Shown here: positions 1 through 9,629 of the stretch, one piece after another
Layout of the letters: the number at the start of each line of letters is the position of its first letter
Position numbering within the stretch: the first letter of the stretch is position 1
NCBI GenBank assembly: GCA_021399395.1
Contig: JAAFKJ010000115.1
Coordinates: forward strand, 28,273 to 92,272
Length of the DNA stretch: 64,000 nucleotides
Origin: Candidatus Heimdallarchaeota archaeon
Lineage (GTDB): Archaea > Asgardarchaeota > Heimdallarchaeia > Heimdallarchaeales > Heimdallarchaeaceae
Reading direction: 5' to 3'
Translations under genes and position numbers: made by a program
The notes under the pieces: generated by a model
Databases searched by the model: none
The model's input: the letters and a program-made list of their open reading frames with translations, nothing else
Told to the model about the DNA's origin: nothing

Positions 1-143
1 TAGGATAACATTTGTACTCTACTTCCCTTCCTTTTTTTTACTGCAGTTACTTATTCTAACACTACTTATTTCATCTCTTGCGATTAATCCTCTAACAAAC
101 TTTTAATAAGGCGAAATGTGTTTATCATATTAAAAGCAACATA

Positions 144-1157
144 GTGGTTATTGTGTCAGATATACTACAAGCTATCCTTGAAAGTGGATCAATTCTAGTA
201 ATTGATCCAACAGTTATTCAAACCAATCCGGATGATTTTTTAGATCATTATGGACATATTTTAGATGTGATTGCACTCGTTGCAAAAGGTAAGTCTGGAT
301 TTACTTTCTATCAAAGCAATAGTGCACCAAGAGATAAGACAAATGGGGTGTTCTTCCATTCATTTTGTACCATAGCTGATAATATGGGAATCAAAGTAGA
401 TGCAATCGTGAATTCATACAGTGATACTTTTCTATCACAAAATGCAGACTTTCAAGTGGTAAGCAGTGATGGTGCAACCATAGCGTCGTTTGCATGTCCA
501 AGTCAAGAGAACTTCAGCAGATATTTGGCATCCATCGCTTCTGAAGTAGCACATTATCCAATAGATGGCTTAATTCTTGATGATTTAATGCTTCCAAATA
601 AAAGATCATGTTTCTGTGATCGATGCCGAAGATTATTTGCTAGTAAATGGAATATCGAACGTGATTTCAGTTTTGAATATCTGGAATCTAAAGACCTATT
701 GACAAATTGGAATGATGAAAGGTCTACCTACGTAAATCAAGCCTTGAAGGAAGTTACTGATACCGTAAAAGGATTGAAGAACATAGATATTTCCATCATT
801 ATGAAAACTGATAGAGAGACAGATTCTTTAATTGGTTCTCATGAGCATTTCGGTCAGAATATTGTTGAACTTGCCAAAACCACCCGTAATTTGATATTGC
901 ATGTAAATCCTTGGAGTGAAATCTCCTCTACAAAAGATGACCCTGCATATCAACAATTATTGACATCATTATCAATACTAAAAGAATATTCAGGAACTGG
1001 AATCAAACCTTCACTCTACTTCTGGGACATTACAACATCTGAAAAACTCGAAACTGCAATAAAATTAAAAGATGATTTGAAAGCAGAGAAGTTATACATA
1101 GATTCAACTCTTCCACATGATTTCACAAAAAGACGAACTACTAACCTAGGGTTTTAG
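144..1157 (+). CDS. Putative glycoside hydrolase-like TIM-barrel protein (GHL10/GH42-like, Zn-binding CxCxxC)
   Basis: 337 aa ORF; 'PIDGLILDDL...SCFCDRCRRLF' resembles GHL10/GH42-type barrels with a CFCxxC insert. Confidence 0.45.
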   Translation: MVIVSDILQAILESGSILVIDPTVIQTNPDDFLDHYGHILDVIALVAKGKSGFTFYQSNSAPRDKTNGVFFHSFCTIADNMGIKVDAIVNSYSDTFLSQNADFQVVSSDGATIASFACPSQENFSRYLASIASEVAHYPIDGLILDDLMLPNKRSCFCDRCRRLFASKWNIERDFSFEYLESKDLLTNWNDERSTYVNQALKEVTDTVKGLKNIDISIIMKTDRETDSLIGSHEHFGQNIVELAKTTRNLILHVNPWSEISSTKDDPAYQQLLTSLSILKEYSGTGIKPSLYFWDITTSEKLETAIKLKDDLKAEKLYIDSTLPHDFTKRRTTNLGF

Positions 1158-1159
1158 AA

Positions 1160-2542
1160 ATGACTCTTGAAAAAGCAATTGAAGAAATTAAGAAGATGTT
1201 TTGGGGAGTATTAAAAGGGCAATTTAATCCTGAAGAGGAAGAAGACGTTAAAACTCATCTTATAACGAATTTAGCCACTTTAACTTCATATGCAAAAACA
1301 TGCTTGCCACCTGATCAGAAGAAAGAGTATGAAAAACACTTTACTAAAGCTAAAGACGTTCTTCTGAAATTTGACAGTGCAGGTCCTTGGTTTAGAGAAC
1401 TTCCAGAGATGATTGATACCGTTTATAATGTTATCACCTATGCAAACATGTTGCAGATAGAATATCATCGTTTTAATGGCACAGATAACGACAGTCTACA
1501 ATACATTAATACAAAATTGGAAACTTTGGAAATGCAAGTCAATTCCCTCATTGAAGACTTAAAGAGCATTAAGAAGAAAATTTCTCCCTCCTTTCAAACC
1601 AATCGGCCAGTAACTATAGACGAAACTAAAGGGGAGTTAGTTGATTTTGAGGAAGAAACTCAACTTGAAACTGAAGATGAAGTTCAAGTTTTTGCTGAAC
1701 CCATTGATACAACACCAATTGAAATAAAAGAAGTTGAAGAAGCCGAAGAAGATGATACAAAAATAGTTAAGGAGACTGAAATTGAAACTCCTGAGGTAGA
1801 ATTAGTGGGAGTTCTAGATGAAGAAATAAGCGGTGATACACAAGATTTGATTGAAGGGATAGAAATCGCTTCTCAGTATGAATTTGAACAAGAACCATTT
1901 GTGCAAAATATAGAATCTGAGCAAGAGGCTTTAAAACAACTAGCAAATCTACTATCTGCTTTAGATCCAGGAGATGATTCTGTAATATCTCCCCTTACTG
2001 AAAAATTGATGACCATTGGAGAAGAAGATGAAATAGAAATCATAGAAGAAATCCCATCAATTGAGTCTGGAGTTGTGGCTGAGGAAGATTTAAGCAAAGA
2101 AGAAATAGCAGAAGTCCACGAATTTAGATCATCAGTATCGCGGTTGAGTCACGTTTTATCATCACCATCAGAAATTAAGGATGCGGCAGAATTTGTTTCA
2201 TCGATAAAGAAAACTATAGCAGATGTTTCTAAGGATAAGGATCTTGAAGCTGGTAAGAAATCAAAACTAACTCAAATCATAGAATCTGAAGTGGGTGAAG
2301 TAGAAAAACCTCCAGTTCAAACAGAAGATATTGAGAATGTAATTAAGCACCTTGAAACCAGAAGACAAAAGGCAGTAGAACGGATACAGCAATTAGAAGA
2401 AGCTCTTAATTCAGAGAAAATTGATGAGGAAGAATGGCAAGAACTTCGAATAAAGGCTGAAAGACATATGTTAAGGGTTGAAGATACTCTAGATGGTTAT
2501 AAGAGATATTTGACCAAATTACATACTAAACCCACCGAATAA
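1160..2542 (+). CDS. Hypothetical protein: helical N-domain, long acidic linker, C-terminal coiled coil
   Basis: 460 aa ORF starting 2 nt after the upstream stop; very E/D-rich middle. Confidence 0.7.
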   Translation: MTLEKAIEEIKKMFWGVLKGQFNPEEEEDVKTHLITNLATLTSYAKTCLPPDQKKEYEKHFTKAKDVLLKFDSAGPWFRELPEMIDTVYNVITYANMLQIEYHRFNGTDNDSLQYINTKLETLEMQVNSLIEDLKSIKKKISPSFQTNRPVTIDETKGELVDFEEETQLETEDEVQVFAEPIDTTPIEIKEVEEAEEDDTKIVKETEIETPEVELVGVLDEEISGDTQDLIEGIEIASQYEFEQEPFVQNIESEQEALKQLANLLSALDPGDDSVISPLTEKLMTIGEEDEIEIIEEIPSIESGVVAEEDLSKEEIAEVHEFRSSVSRLSHVLSSPSEIKDAAEFVSSIKKTIADVSKDKDLEAGKKSKLTQIIESEVGEVEKPPVQTEDIENVIKHLETRRQKAVERIQQLEEALNSEKIDEEEWQELRIKAERHMLRVEDTLDGYKRYLTKLHTKPTE

Positions 2543-2546
2543 GACG

Positions 2547-2984
2547 ATGATCATGAAAGAAATTTTTCTTACTCATTATTATTATGGTGATAGATTTACA
2601 TCTTTTAAGACAGGATTAGGTACTATTATTAGAGGTCTTGGTCATTCATTGAATATTCGAATGATTCTCATAAATGACTCCTTTCATTGGTTAACAAATC
2701 AAGATCAGTTCAAAAATATAGATGCAGTTTTTCTTGATTTAAATCAACACAAAGAGATTCTACGTGTTCTTCAAGAAGAAATTTTGTCCTTAGAGAAGTC
2801 TCTTCTGTTTATTGCCAATTTTGATTTACTCATTGAGCATAACATTTTGAGTATAGAGGATTTTATAGATCTTATTAAGAGTAAACATAAAACAACAGAG
2901 ATTCTTTTAACTGGGGAAATGAAGTATCCTAAACTAGAAAATATAGCTGATTATGTAAGTGCCATTCAATCAACTAAAAACTAA
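2547..2984 (+). CDS. BtuR/CobO-like corrinoid adenosyltransferase fold protein with degenerate P-loop
   Basis: 'HYYYGD...TGLGTIIRGLGH' and 'TEILLTG...LENIADYVS' match BtuR N- and C-terminal motifs; GxGKT missing. Confidence 0.55.
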   Translation: MIMKEIFLTHYYYGDRFTSFKTGLGTIIRGLGHSLNIRMILINDSFHWLTNQDQFKNIDAVFLDLNQHKEILRVLQEEILSLEKSLLFIANFDLLIEHNILSIEDFIDLIKSKHKTTEILLTGEMKYPKLENIADYVSAIQSTKN

Positions 2985-3764
2985 ATCAACTGCAATATGT
3001 GCAATTCTAGGGGCTAACCATCTTATTAATCTCGATGTTTCTATATGAAAAGAAGATTCAATTTGGTTTGTTTTGAGAACATTCTCAATCTTTTGTTCAA
3101 TATTTCTGTTAATTCTTTCCTTCTCTTGCACCTTATCTGTTATTTGCCAATGGATGATACCTTTACCATCTTTTAGAGAATTAACTGCTACTGGAAGTGC
3201 ACGTTCTGCTTCAAGAGGAAGGGGAAGGAGTATTCTATCAACTTCACCAAAAAATAAATCTGGTACAATACTAAATGCATCTCCCAGATAAGTTTTTACT
3301 ATATCTTCACATTTGTTTAATTCAATGTTCCTTACAAGGAAATTATATGCCGCTTCGTTCAATTCAATACTGTGTACAATACACTCCTTACATTTCGTAG
3401 CGATAGCAATACTAAATGGTCCAACTCCTGAAAAGAAATTTAACACAATTTCTCCTTCTTTAACCAAATTAGCAATTCTTTGTCTCTCATAACTTAATCT
3501 TGGTGAGAAAAACGTGGTTGATATGTCAACTTCAAATGTGTTTCCATACTCTTTATGAACGGTTTCGAATGTTTCGATCCCCATAAAATGTTGAAAATCT
3601 CTAGATCTCTCCACTCCTTTTACTTTAGAGGTTTGCACAACTACCGTTTTTATTTTAGGGTACCTTTCTAATATTTCATTTGAAAACTGTAGTAATTTAG
3701 ACTCATCAGTTTGCTCGCGTATGATAAGTATGCTCCCTACAATTTCAAAGATAATATCCTTCAT
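2970..3764 (-). CDS. Trm5/Tyw2-family tRNA methyltransferase (Met-10+ like)
   Basis: 'FFSPRLSYERQRI', 'FFSGVGPFSI', 'IELN' SAM-binding motifs. Confidence 0.85.
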   Translation of the reverse strand: MKDIIFEIVGSILIIREQTDESKLLQFSNEILERYPKIKTVVVQTSKVKGVERSRDFQHFMGIETFETVHKEYGNTFEVDISTTFFSPRLSYERQRIANLVKEGEIVLNFFSGVGPFSIAIATKCKECIVHSIELNEAAYNFLVRNIELNKCEDIVKTYLGDAFSIVPDLFFGEVDRILLPLPLEAERALPVAVNSLKDGKGIIHWQITDKVQEKERINRNIEQKIENVLKTNQIESSFHIETSRLIRWLAPRIAHIAVDLVFS

Positions 3765-3789
3765 ACTTATCTCCAGTAGAAATTATTGT

Positions 3790-5943
3790 TTATTCTGGAA
3801 TTTCCCGGATAGGTTGCCCTTTGTATATAGCTTTGTCAAACGCAATTCTTCTCATTTGAGGTTGAGTATTAATCTCTTCATAATAATGTGCTGCTAATCC
3901 TGCCGTTCTTCCAAAGACAAAGACTGCTTTAGCTAATTTCGGATTTATATCCATATCTGCAATAATGGCCCCAATTACACCATCTACATTAATTGGAAGA
4001 TTCATTCCTCGAACTCTATAAAAGGCATCACCTATAATTTTTGAAACTGCAACACATTCTTTTGCATATCCCGCTTTTTCGGATAAATCCCAGAGAACAT
4101 CTCTTCTAGGATCTTGTGTGTGGATTCTATGACCTAGTCCTTCGATACGTTTACCTGATTTGATGGTTTTTTTAATTAGCTCAAAGGTTGTTTCTTGAAG
4201 GTCGGTTGCGTTTTCTTTTGATAGTTTTACAGCTGAAAGCATGAATTCAGCAGCTTTTTGCCCTGCTCCTCCATGAACATCAGTTATAGCTTGAATGCCT
4301 GCAGAAATTGCTACTTCATAGTTAGCGCGAGTTGATGCTAATATTAGAGTGGCTTGTGCTGATGGAGGAGTAACTCCATGGTCCACACAGGCAGTAATTA
4401 TAGCTTCAAGAAGTTTGATTTTCATTTTATCCTTAGGCATTTCTCCAACTAATCCCAAATAGAGTAAATCTGAGAAAGAGAGATTTTCTTTGCTTTGAGT
4501 ATCAATTTTTTGTACGTTTCCAAAGTAAATTGAAAGATATCTCAAAACCCTTCCCAAGGAATATACTACAATTTTTGAAGGATTTTTTTCGAATTGAGCA
4601 AATGTTGATAATTTATCATCAAGTAGCAAAAACGTTCCAATAAGTTTGGAAACATCAGATTCTTTAGAGATTTTATCATTATAGAGAAATTCTTCCTTAG
4701 CTGCGTTAATTCCAATCTCCTCGAGTTCTTGCATTTCTCCAACCGGAAATTCTCCTTCAATTAAAAGACTAGCTGTTTCTAACAACCCTTTTTTTGCAAT
4801 TATCTCCTGTAAAGGATATCCTCTGATTATGAGGTTGTTAGGAACAACTTTTGTTATCAAAGTTCCCCATGTAGGTTCAGGAGATTTTTCATCCCATTTC
4901 TTTTTCATTCTTTGATAATAATTCTCTACTTCAAAGTATGTTCTGTTAAGTTTAGTTTTTACGGCGTCAATCAAATCTTTTTGATGGTTTACAACAACAG
5001 CTCCAGCTTTTTCTAATAACTCTTTTTTGGAGTTGAAAGTTCCATGTTTTTGACCAGGAGCTATAACTGCTCCAGCATGTCCCATTGTTTTTCCTTCTGG
5101 TGCGTTTGCTCCAGAAATAAGTGCAACTAGAGGTTTTGGGTATTTTTCGGGATGATTTATCATATCTTGAGCAAGAAGTTCCTCTTGCATTCCTCCAATC
5201 TCACCTGCAACAACTACCAAATCTGTATTATCATAATTCATTACTAAAGAAACAAGGTCTACAAACCTTGAACCTATAGCACCGTCTCCACCAACTCCTA
5301 GTACACCATTTTGAGCTATTCCGGCACTTGCCAAAGCATCTGACATGTGATACAGAATTGCTCCACTTCTTGATAGAATGGTGACACCTTTTGGACCAAT
5401 AGTTCCATCTTCTGTAATTTGTGCTTGAAAAATATCGGGAAGCATGCCGACTTTTATTGCTTCAGGGGGGAAGATTATACCTGGTGTATTTCCTCCAAAT
5501 AAGATGGTTTTGTGTTTTCGAGCCTCTACTAAAATATTTCTTACATCTTTGAGTGGAATAAATTCTGAGATAAGAACCACAATTGGTACTCCCGATCTAA
5601 TGACTTCTATTGTTGCATCTTTTGCAGTTGAATAATGTCTCCAGATACTAGCTACAGCAATATTTGGGTGACTATTTACCGCTTCTTCTGCAGAGTCATA
5701 TACTGGAATGGTTTCATGTACTTTTGTTCCACCTCTGCCTGGTGCAACTCCACAAGTCACATTTGTTCCATATTCCATCATAAGCTGAGCATGTCTTGTA
5801 CCTTGTCTTCCTAACCCAACTATCATTGTTTCAATTGACTCAGATTGATTTATTTTCTCCGCAAGCTTCGGTCTTACCTGTTTAATAAGATAATAAAGCA
5901 ATCCTTGGTTAGTGTTAAGTTTTTCATTTTTCATATAACTCAT
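3790..5943 (-). CDS. SucD-like CoA-ligase alpha subunit fused to a citryl-CoA lyase/citrate synthase-like domain (ATP-citrate lyase alpha-like)
   Basis: N-term 'GGNTPG', 'SRSG', phospho-His 'MGHAGA'; C-term 'IIRGY', 'DHGVTPPS', 'HGGAG', 'GLGHRIHTQDPR', 'NVDG'. Confidence 0.85.
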   Translation of the reverse strand: MSYMKNEKLNTNQGLLYYLIKQVRPKLAEKINQSESIETMIVGLGRQGTRHAQLMMEYGTNVTCGVAPGRGGTKVHETIPVYDSAEEAVNSHPNIAVASIWRHYSTAKDATIEVIRSGVPIVVLISEFIPLKDVRNILVEARKHKTILFGGNTPGIIFPPEAIKVGMLPDIFQAQITEDGTIGPKGVTILSRSGAILYHMSDALASAGIAQNGVLGVGGDGAIGSRFVDLVSLVMNYDNTDLVVVAGEIGGMQEELLAQDMINHPEKYPKPLVALISGANAPEGKTMGHAGAVIAPGQKHGTFNSKKELLEKAGAVVVNHQKDLIDAVKTKLNRTYFEVENYYQRMKKKWDEKSPEPTWGTLITKVVPNNLIIRGYPLQEIIAKKGLLETASLLIEGEFPVGEMQELEEIGINAAKEEFLYNDKISKESDVSKLIGTFLLLDDKLSTFAQFEKNPSKIVVYSLGRVLRYLSIYFGNVQKIDTQSKENLSFSDLLYLGLVGEMPKDKMKIKLLEAIITACVDHGVTPPSAQATLILASTRANYEVAISAGIQAITDVHGGAGQKAAEFMLSAVKLSKENATDLQETTFELIKKTIKSGKRIEGLGHRIHTQDPRRDVLWDLSEKAGYAKECVAVSKIIGDAFYRVRGMNLPINVDGVIGAIIADMDINPKLAKAVFVFGRTAGLAAHYYEEINTQPQMRRIAFDKAIYKGQPIREIPE

Positions 5944-7244
5944 CCCCTAATCTCCTGTTGTTTTATTTTGAAACCGTATTCAATACCGTCTTTGATTACA
6001 TCCGCCATAATTTTTTGATTCCCAACGACTATGTGCAAATCTTTCAAAGGTTCAGGAGTTTCTCTTTTTGCCTTTTCTAGATATTCTCTTGCAGCTGCTA
6101 AATCAGTTCCCACCATCCTACCATATACTGGAATCATTCTTCTTTTTTGCAAGTATCTGTCTCTTAAAGACATAATCAAACCACGGATAAATACATCACA
6201 ACTTGAAATTCCTCCAAATCTGCTAGTGATTATTAGATCTGTTACTGGATGATCCATCAGAAGATGAAACATATCTGCAACTTTGCTAAGAGATGGACCT
6301 CCTCCACTATCCATGAAGTTTATTGGAACTACCTTCCCGTCGAAATACCTGTTGCCTACATTAACTACTTCATCAACTGAGAAGATACCATATCCAGCTC
6401 CTCCTGGAACTAATGCAACATAGAGCTTGTCTTCTTCCTCATTAAAATTATCTGGATTTTCTAATAAATCTAAATATGGGAACCCAATTTTATACGCTTT
6501 TGCTTCAAAAACAGTTTGTTCTGAGACATCGTGTCTTTTACTTCTTGGGTCAATACCCATTGATTGTAACAAGGGTTCTTGCCTGTATAAACTGTTATCG
6601 TCTAATACTACTTTTGCATCTGCCGCTACAATCTGGTTATCAGCTGTAAGGATTAAAGGGTTAATCTCACAGATTTTAGCTTCAATATTCTGAAAAGTTG
6701 AATAAAGGGATTTTATTGTATTTTGTAACTGATTTCTGATTTCGGGTATCTCTGGGAAGTTTTTTAGAAGGAAGTTAACTGCTTCTTCAGTAATAGATTC
6801 ATCTAACTCTTTTGCATTATCAAAAATGGTTTTTTTCCAGATCAATTCAGGATTGTTTTTTGCAACTTCTTCTATGTCGATTCCACCACTTGCTGAAGTT
6901 ACTAAAACTATGTCAAATGTTGCAGGATCTGTTGTTACTGCAAGATAAATTTCATTGGAAATGCTTACTGTTTCTTCTAATAGAATTTTCTCAATTGGGT
7001 ATCCTCGAATTGAAGTTTGAAACATTTTTTCAATAATCTTCTTTGCTTCTTCAATGTTTTCTACTTTTTTGATTCCTCCCGCTTTTCCTCTTCCACCAAT
7101 TAACACCATTGCTTTTACCATTAAAGGGAATGATAATGTAAATGAATCAATATCCTCTAGTTTTTCAATTACTGCTACTTGTCTAGGAATTTTTAATCCA
7201 AATCTCTCAAAAATCTGTTTAGCTTCATACTCGTATAATTTCAT
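5940..7244 (-). CDS. ATP-grasp CoA-ligase beta subunit (SucC/AclB-like)
   Basis: 'MKLYEYEAKQIF', 'GGRGKAGGI', 'GGIDIEEVA', 'EINPL', 'ADAKVVLDD'; 4-nt overlap with the alpha gene. Confidence 0.85.
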   Translation of the reverse strand: MKLYEYEAKQIFERFGLKIPRQVAVIEKLEDIDSFTLSFPLMVKAMVLIGGRGKAGGIKKVENIEEAKKIIEKMFQTSIRGYPIEKILLEETVSISNEIYLAVTTDPATFDIVLVTSASGGIDIEEVAKNNPELIWKKTIFDNAKELDESITEEAVNFLLKNFPEIPEIRNQLQNTIKSLYSTFQNIEAKICEINPLILTADNQIVAADAKVVLDDNSLYRQEPLLQSMGIDPRSKRHDVSEQTVFEAKAYKIGFPYLDLLENPDNFNEEEDKLYVALVPGGAGYGIFSVDEVVNVGNRYFDGKVVPINFMDSGGGPSLSKVADMFHLLMDHPVTDLIITSRFGGISSCDVFIRGLIMSLRDRYLQKRRMIPVYGRMVGTDLAAAREYLEKAKRETPEPLKDLHIVVGNQKIMADVIKDGIEYGFKIKQQEIRG

Positions 7245-7256
7245 ATTTCTTCACTT

Positions 7257-9110
7257 TTAAGATGAATTAAGTTGTTGATAATAACTGATTAAACCTCCAG
7301 CATTGAAGATTTTGAGTAATTCTTCTGGAAGTTTAGGGAAAATATAAGATTGATCTCCATTAGTAATTATACCATTCTCTAAATCAATTGTTACGGGTTC
7401 ATCTGGATTATAATTACTTACAAATTCAGAATGAACAATGATAGGTAATCCTTGATTGATTGCTGACCTATAGAATATTCGAGCAACTGATTTAACTATG
7501 ACAGCTTTTATACCCGCAGCAGCAAGTCCTACAGCAGGATGTTCTCTTGATGAGCCACATCCAAAATTTTCTCCGCTTACGATAATATCCCCTGGTTTGA
7601 CCCTAGATGCAAATGTTTCATCCAATCCTTTGAACAAATGTGGTACGATTTTATCTCCTTCTGACGATTTGATATCATATGTTAGCCCCCCTGCGAACAT
7701 TTGATCGGTATTAAAATCGCTAATATCTTTGTAATTCCAAACATTTTCTTTGTATCTGTCATCATTAGATCCAATTGTGAGAGTTTTTTCTTCAATATCT
7801 CTTGATTTTAGTTCAATTGTTTTTTCGTCACTTTTAACTTCAATTGAAAGATATTCCCTAGGATCAACAATTTTCCCTTCTATTGCTGAAGCAGCAACAG
7901 TTGCGGGTGATGCTAGATACACTGAAGATTTCTTGTTTCCCATTCTCCCTAAGAAATTTCTATTTGCTGTTGATATTACATTCCATCCATCTGCTGGAAT
8001 ACCTTGCCCTTTACCTAAACAAGGACCACAACTACATGATAAGATTGTAGCTCCTGCATTAACGAGAATTGTAATTACGCCTTTCTTCAATGCTTGTTGA
8101 TAAATCTTCGAAGATGCTGGAGCAACTAAGAATACCACTCCTTTCTTTATCTTCTTATCCTTCAAAATCGAAGCAGCGATTTCTAAGTCATCTAAACGTG
8201 CATTTGTACAAGTACCCAAGAAAGCTTGCTGAATCTCGATTTCATTTAAAACCTTCGCAAATTCTGCGTTATCCACTTGATGAGGAACGGCAACTAGTGG
8301 TTCTAAATGGTTTAATTGTAATATTACTTCGAAACTAAATGATGCATCTTCATCTGACCACAATACTTCTTTTTCATTCAAGAAATCATTGCTTTCATAT
8401 TTCTCTGATAGCCACTTTATTAAAACTTCATCTGATGGAAAAATGGCTGTTTTTGCACCCATTTCTGATGCTAAATTGGCAAGTGTCATCCTTTCTGAGA
8501 CAGAAAGTGTCTTTACTCCATCTCCATGAAATTCTATCGCTTGATATGTTGCACCTGATGCCCCTATCTTATTCATTAACCAAAGAGCTATGTCCTTTGC
8601 ATAAACTCCTGGCGATAATTTACCGTTCAAAACTACTTTAATAGTTTCAGGAACTCTGAACCAAGTTTTTCCTGTTAACCACAATCCCGCAGTTTCCGTT
8701 CGATCAATTCCAGCTGCAAATGCAGCGAAAGCTCCACTTGTACATGTGTGTGAGTCTGAACCAACAACTAACATATTTGGGAGTGCATGGTTAGACATAA
8801 GTTGATGACAAATGCCCCTTCCTTCGTCATAAAATTTGGTGATATTATGCTCTTTTACCAGCTCTCTTATGCTTTTATGATCATTTGCTATTTGTACGCT
8901 TGTTGGTGGGGAATCGTGATCAAGAACAATTACCAATCGATTTGGAAACATAATTTTTGTCCCACCCATTTTTTGGAATGTTTTAACAATTGAAGCTGAA
9001 TTGTCGTGTGACAGAATTAAATCGGGTTCTGCATAAACAATAGATCCTGCTGTAACATTCAAATCTGATTTAAGTGAAAAAAGTTTTTCAGAAAATGTTT
9101 TTCCAACCAT
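7257..9110 (-). CDS. Fused LeuC-LeuD/HacAB-type [4Fe-4S] hydro-lyase (aconitase family)
   Basis: 'LDH', 'GICH', 'DSHT', 'GTCTN', 'CGPC', 'NRNFLGR', then swivel domain 'NFGCGSSREH'. Confidence 0.9.
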   Translation of the reverse strand: MVGKTFSEKLFSLKSDLNVTAGSIVYAEPDLILSHDNSASIVKTFQKMGGTKIMFPNRLVIVLDHDSPPTSVQIANDHKSIRELVKEHNITKFYDEGRGICHQLMSNHALPNMLVVGSDSHTCTSGAFAAFAAGIDRTETAGLWLTGKTWFRVPETIKVVLNGKLSPGVYAKDIALWLMNKIGASGATYQAIEFHGDGVKTLSVSERMTLANLASEMGAKTAIFPSDEVLIKWLSEKYESNDFLNEKEVLWSDEDASFSFEVILQLNHLEPLVAVPHQVDNAEFAKVLNEIEIQQAFLGTCTNARLDDLEIAASILKDKKIKKGVVFLVAPASSKIYQQALKKGVITILVNAGATILSCSCGPCLGKGQGIPADGWNVISTANRNFLGRMGNKKSSVYLASPATVAASAIEGKIVDPREYLSIEVKSDEKTIELKSRDIEEKTLTIGSNDDRYKENVWNYKDISDFNTDQMFAGGLTYDIKSSEGDKIVPHLFKGLDETFASRVKPGDIIVSGENFGCGSSREHPAVGLAAAGIKAVIVKSVARIFYRSAINQGLPIIVHSEFVSNYNPDEPVTIDLENGIITNGDQSYIFPKLPEELLKIFNAGGLISYYQQLNSS

Positions 9111-9122
9111 AATGTAGTCTCC

Positions 9123-9629
9123 TCAGAATTTTTCTCCTAATTCTAATAACCCCCCAGCATTCATAATATCTAATACTGGTTGTGGAATTTTTCTGCAAGT
9201 TATTTGTGTATATTTAGTTTTGTTTAGGATAACTGATTGATTAATATCTATCTCTATTTCGTCATCTTTGTCAGTATCAAAACTAGCGATTTCAGGAACT
9301 TCAACAAGAAGTAATCCTGCGTTTACAGCATTGCTGTAATATATGGGACCAAAGGATTCACCTATTATTGCTTTAATTTTGTGGGCAAGAAATCCAGTTA
9401 CTGCTTGTTGCCTGGTAGATCCTTTACCAAAATTTTTTCCTACCACCAAGATTTTGTTTGAATTGTCTTCTTTTCCGAAATCTTGAAATCCTTCTAAATT
9501 ACCGAAAATGTGAGGCTTAATTTCTTCTGGATTGTGGATTGTTAATAATGATTGATGAAAAATTTGATCAGTATCAATATCATCAACACGTACTAATTTC
9601 ACTTTACCGATAATAGTCTCTTTTCTCAT
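9123..9629 (-). CDS. LeuD/HacB-type small (swivel) subunit, divergent
   Basis: 'DIDTDQIF', 'NFGKGSTRQQA', 'SFGPIYYSNAVNAG', 'AGGL'. Confidence 0.85.
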   Translation of the reverse strand: MRKETIIGKVKLVRVDDIDTDQIFHQSLLTIHNPEEIKPHIFGNLEGFQDFGKEDNSNKILVVGKNFGKGSTRQQAVTGFLAHKIKAIIGESFGPIYYSNAVNAGLLLVEVPEIASFDTDKDDEIEIDINQSVILNKTKYTQITCRKIPQPVLDIMNAGGLLELGEKF

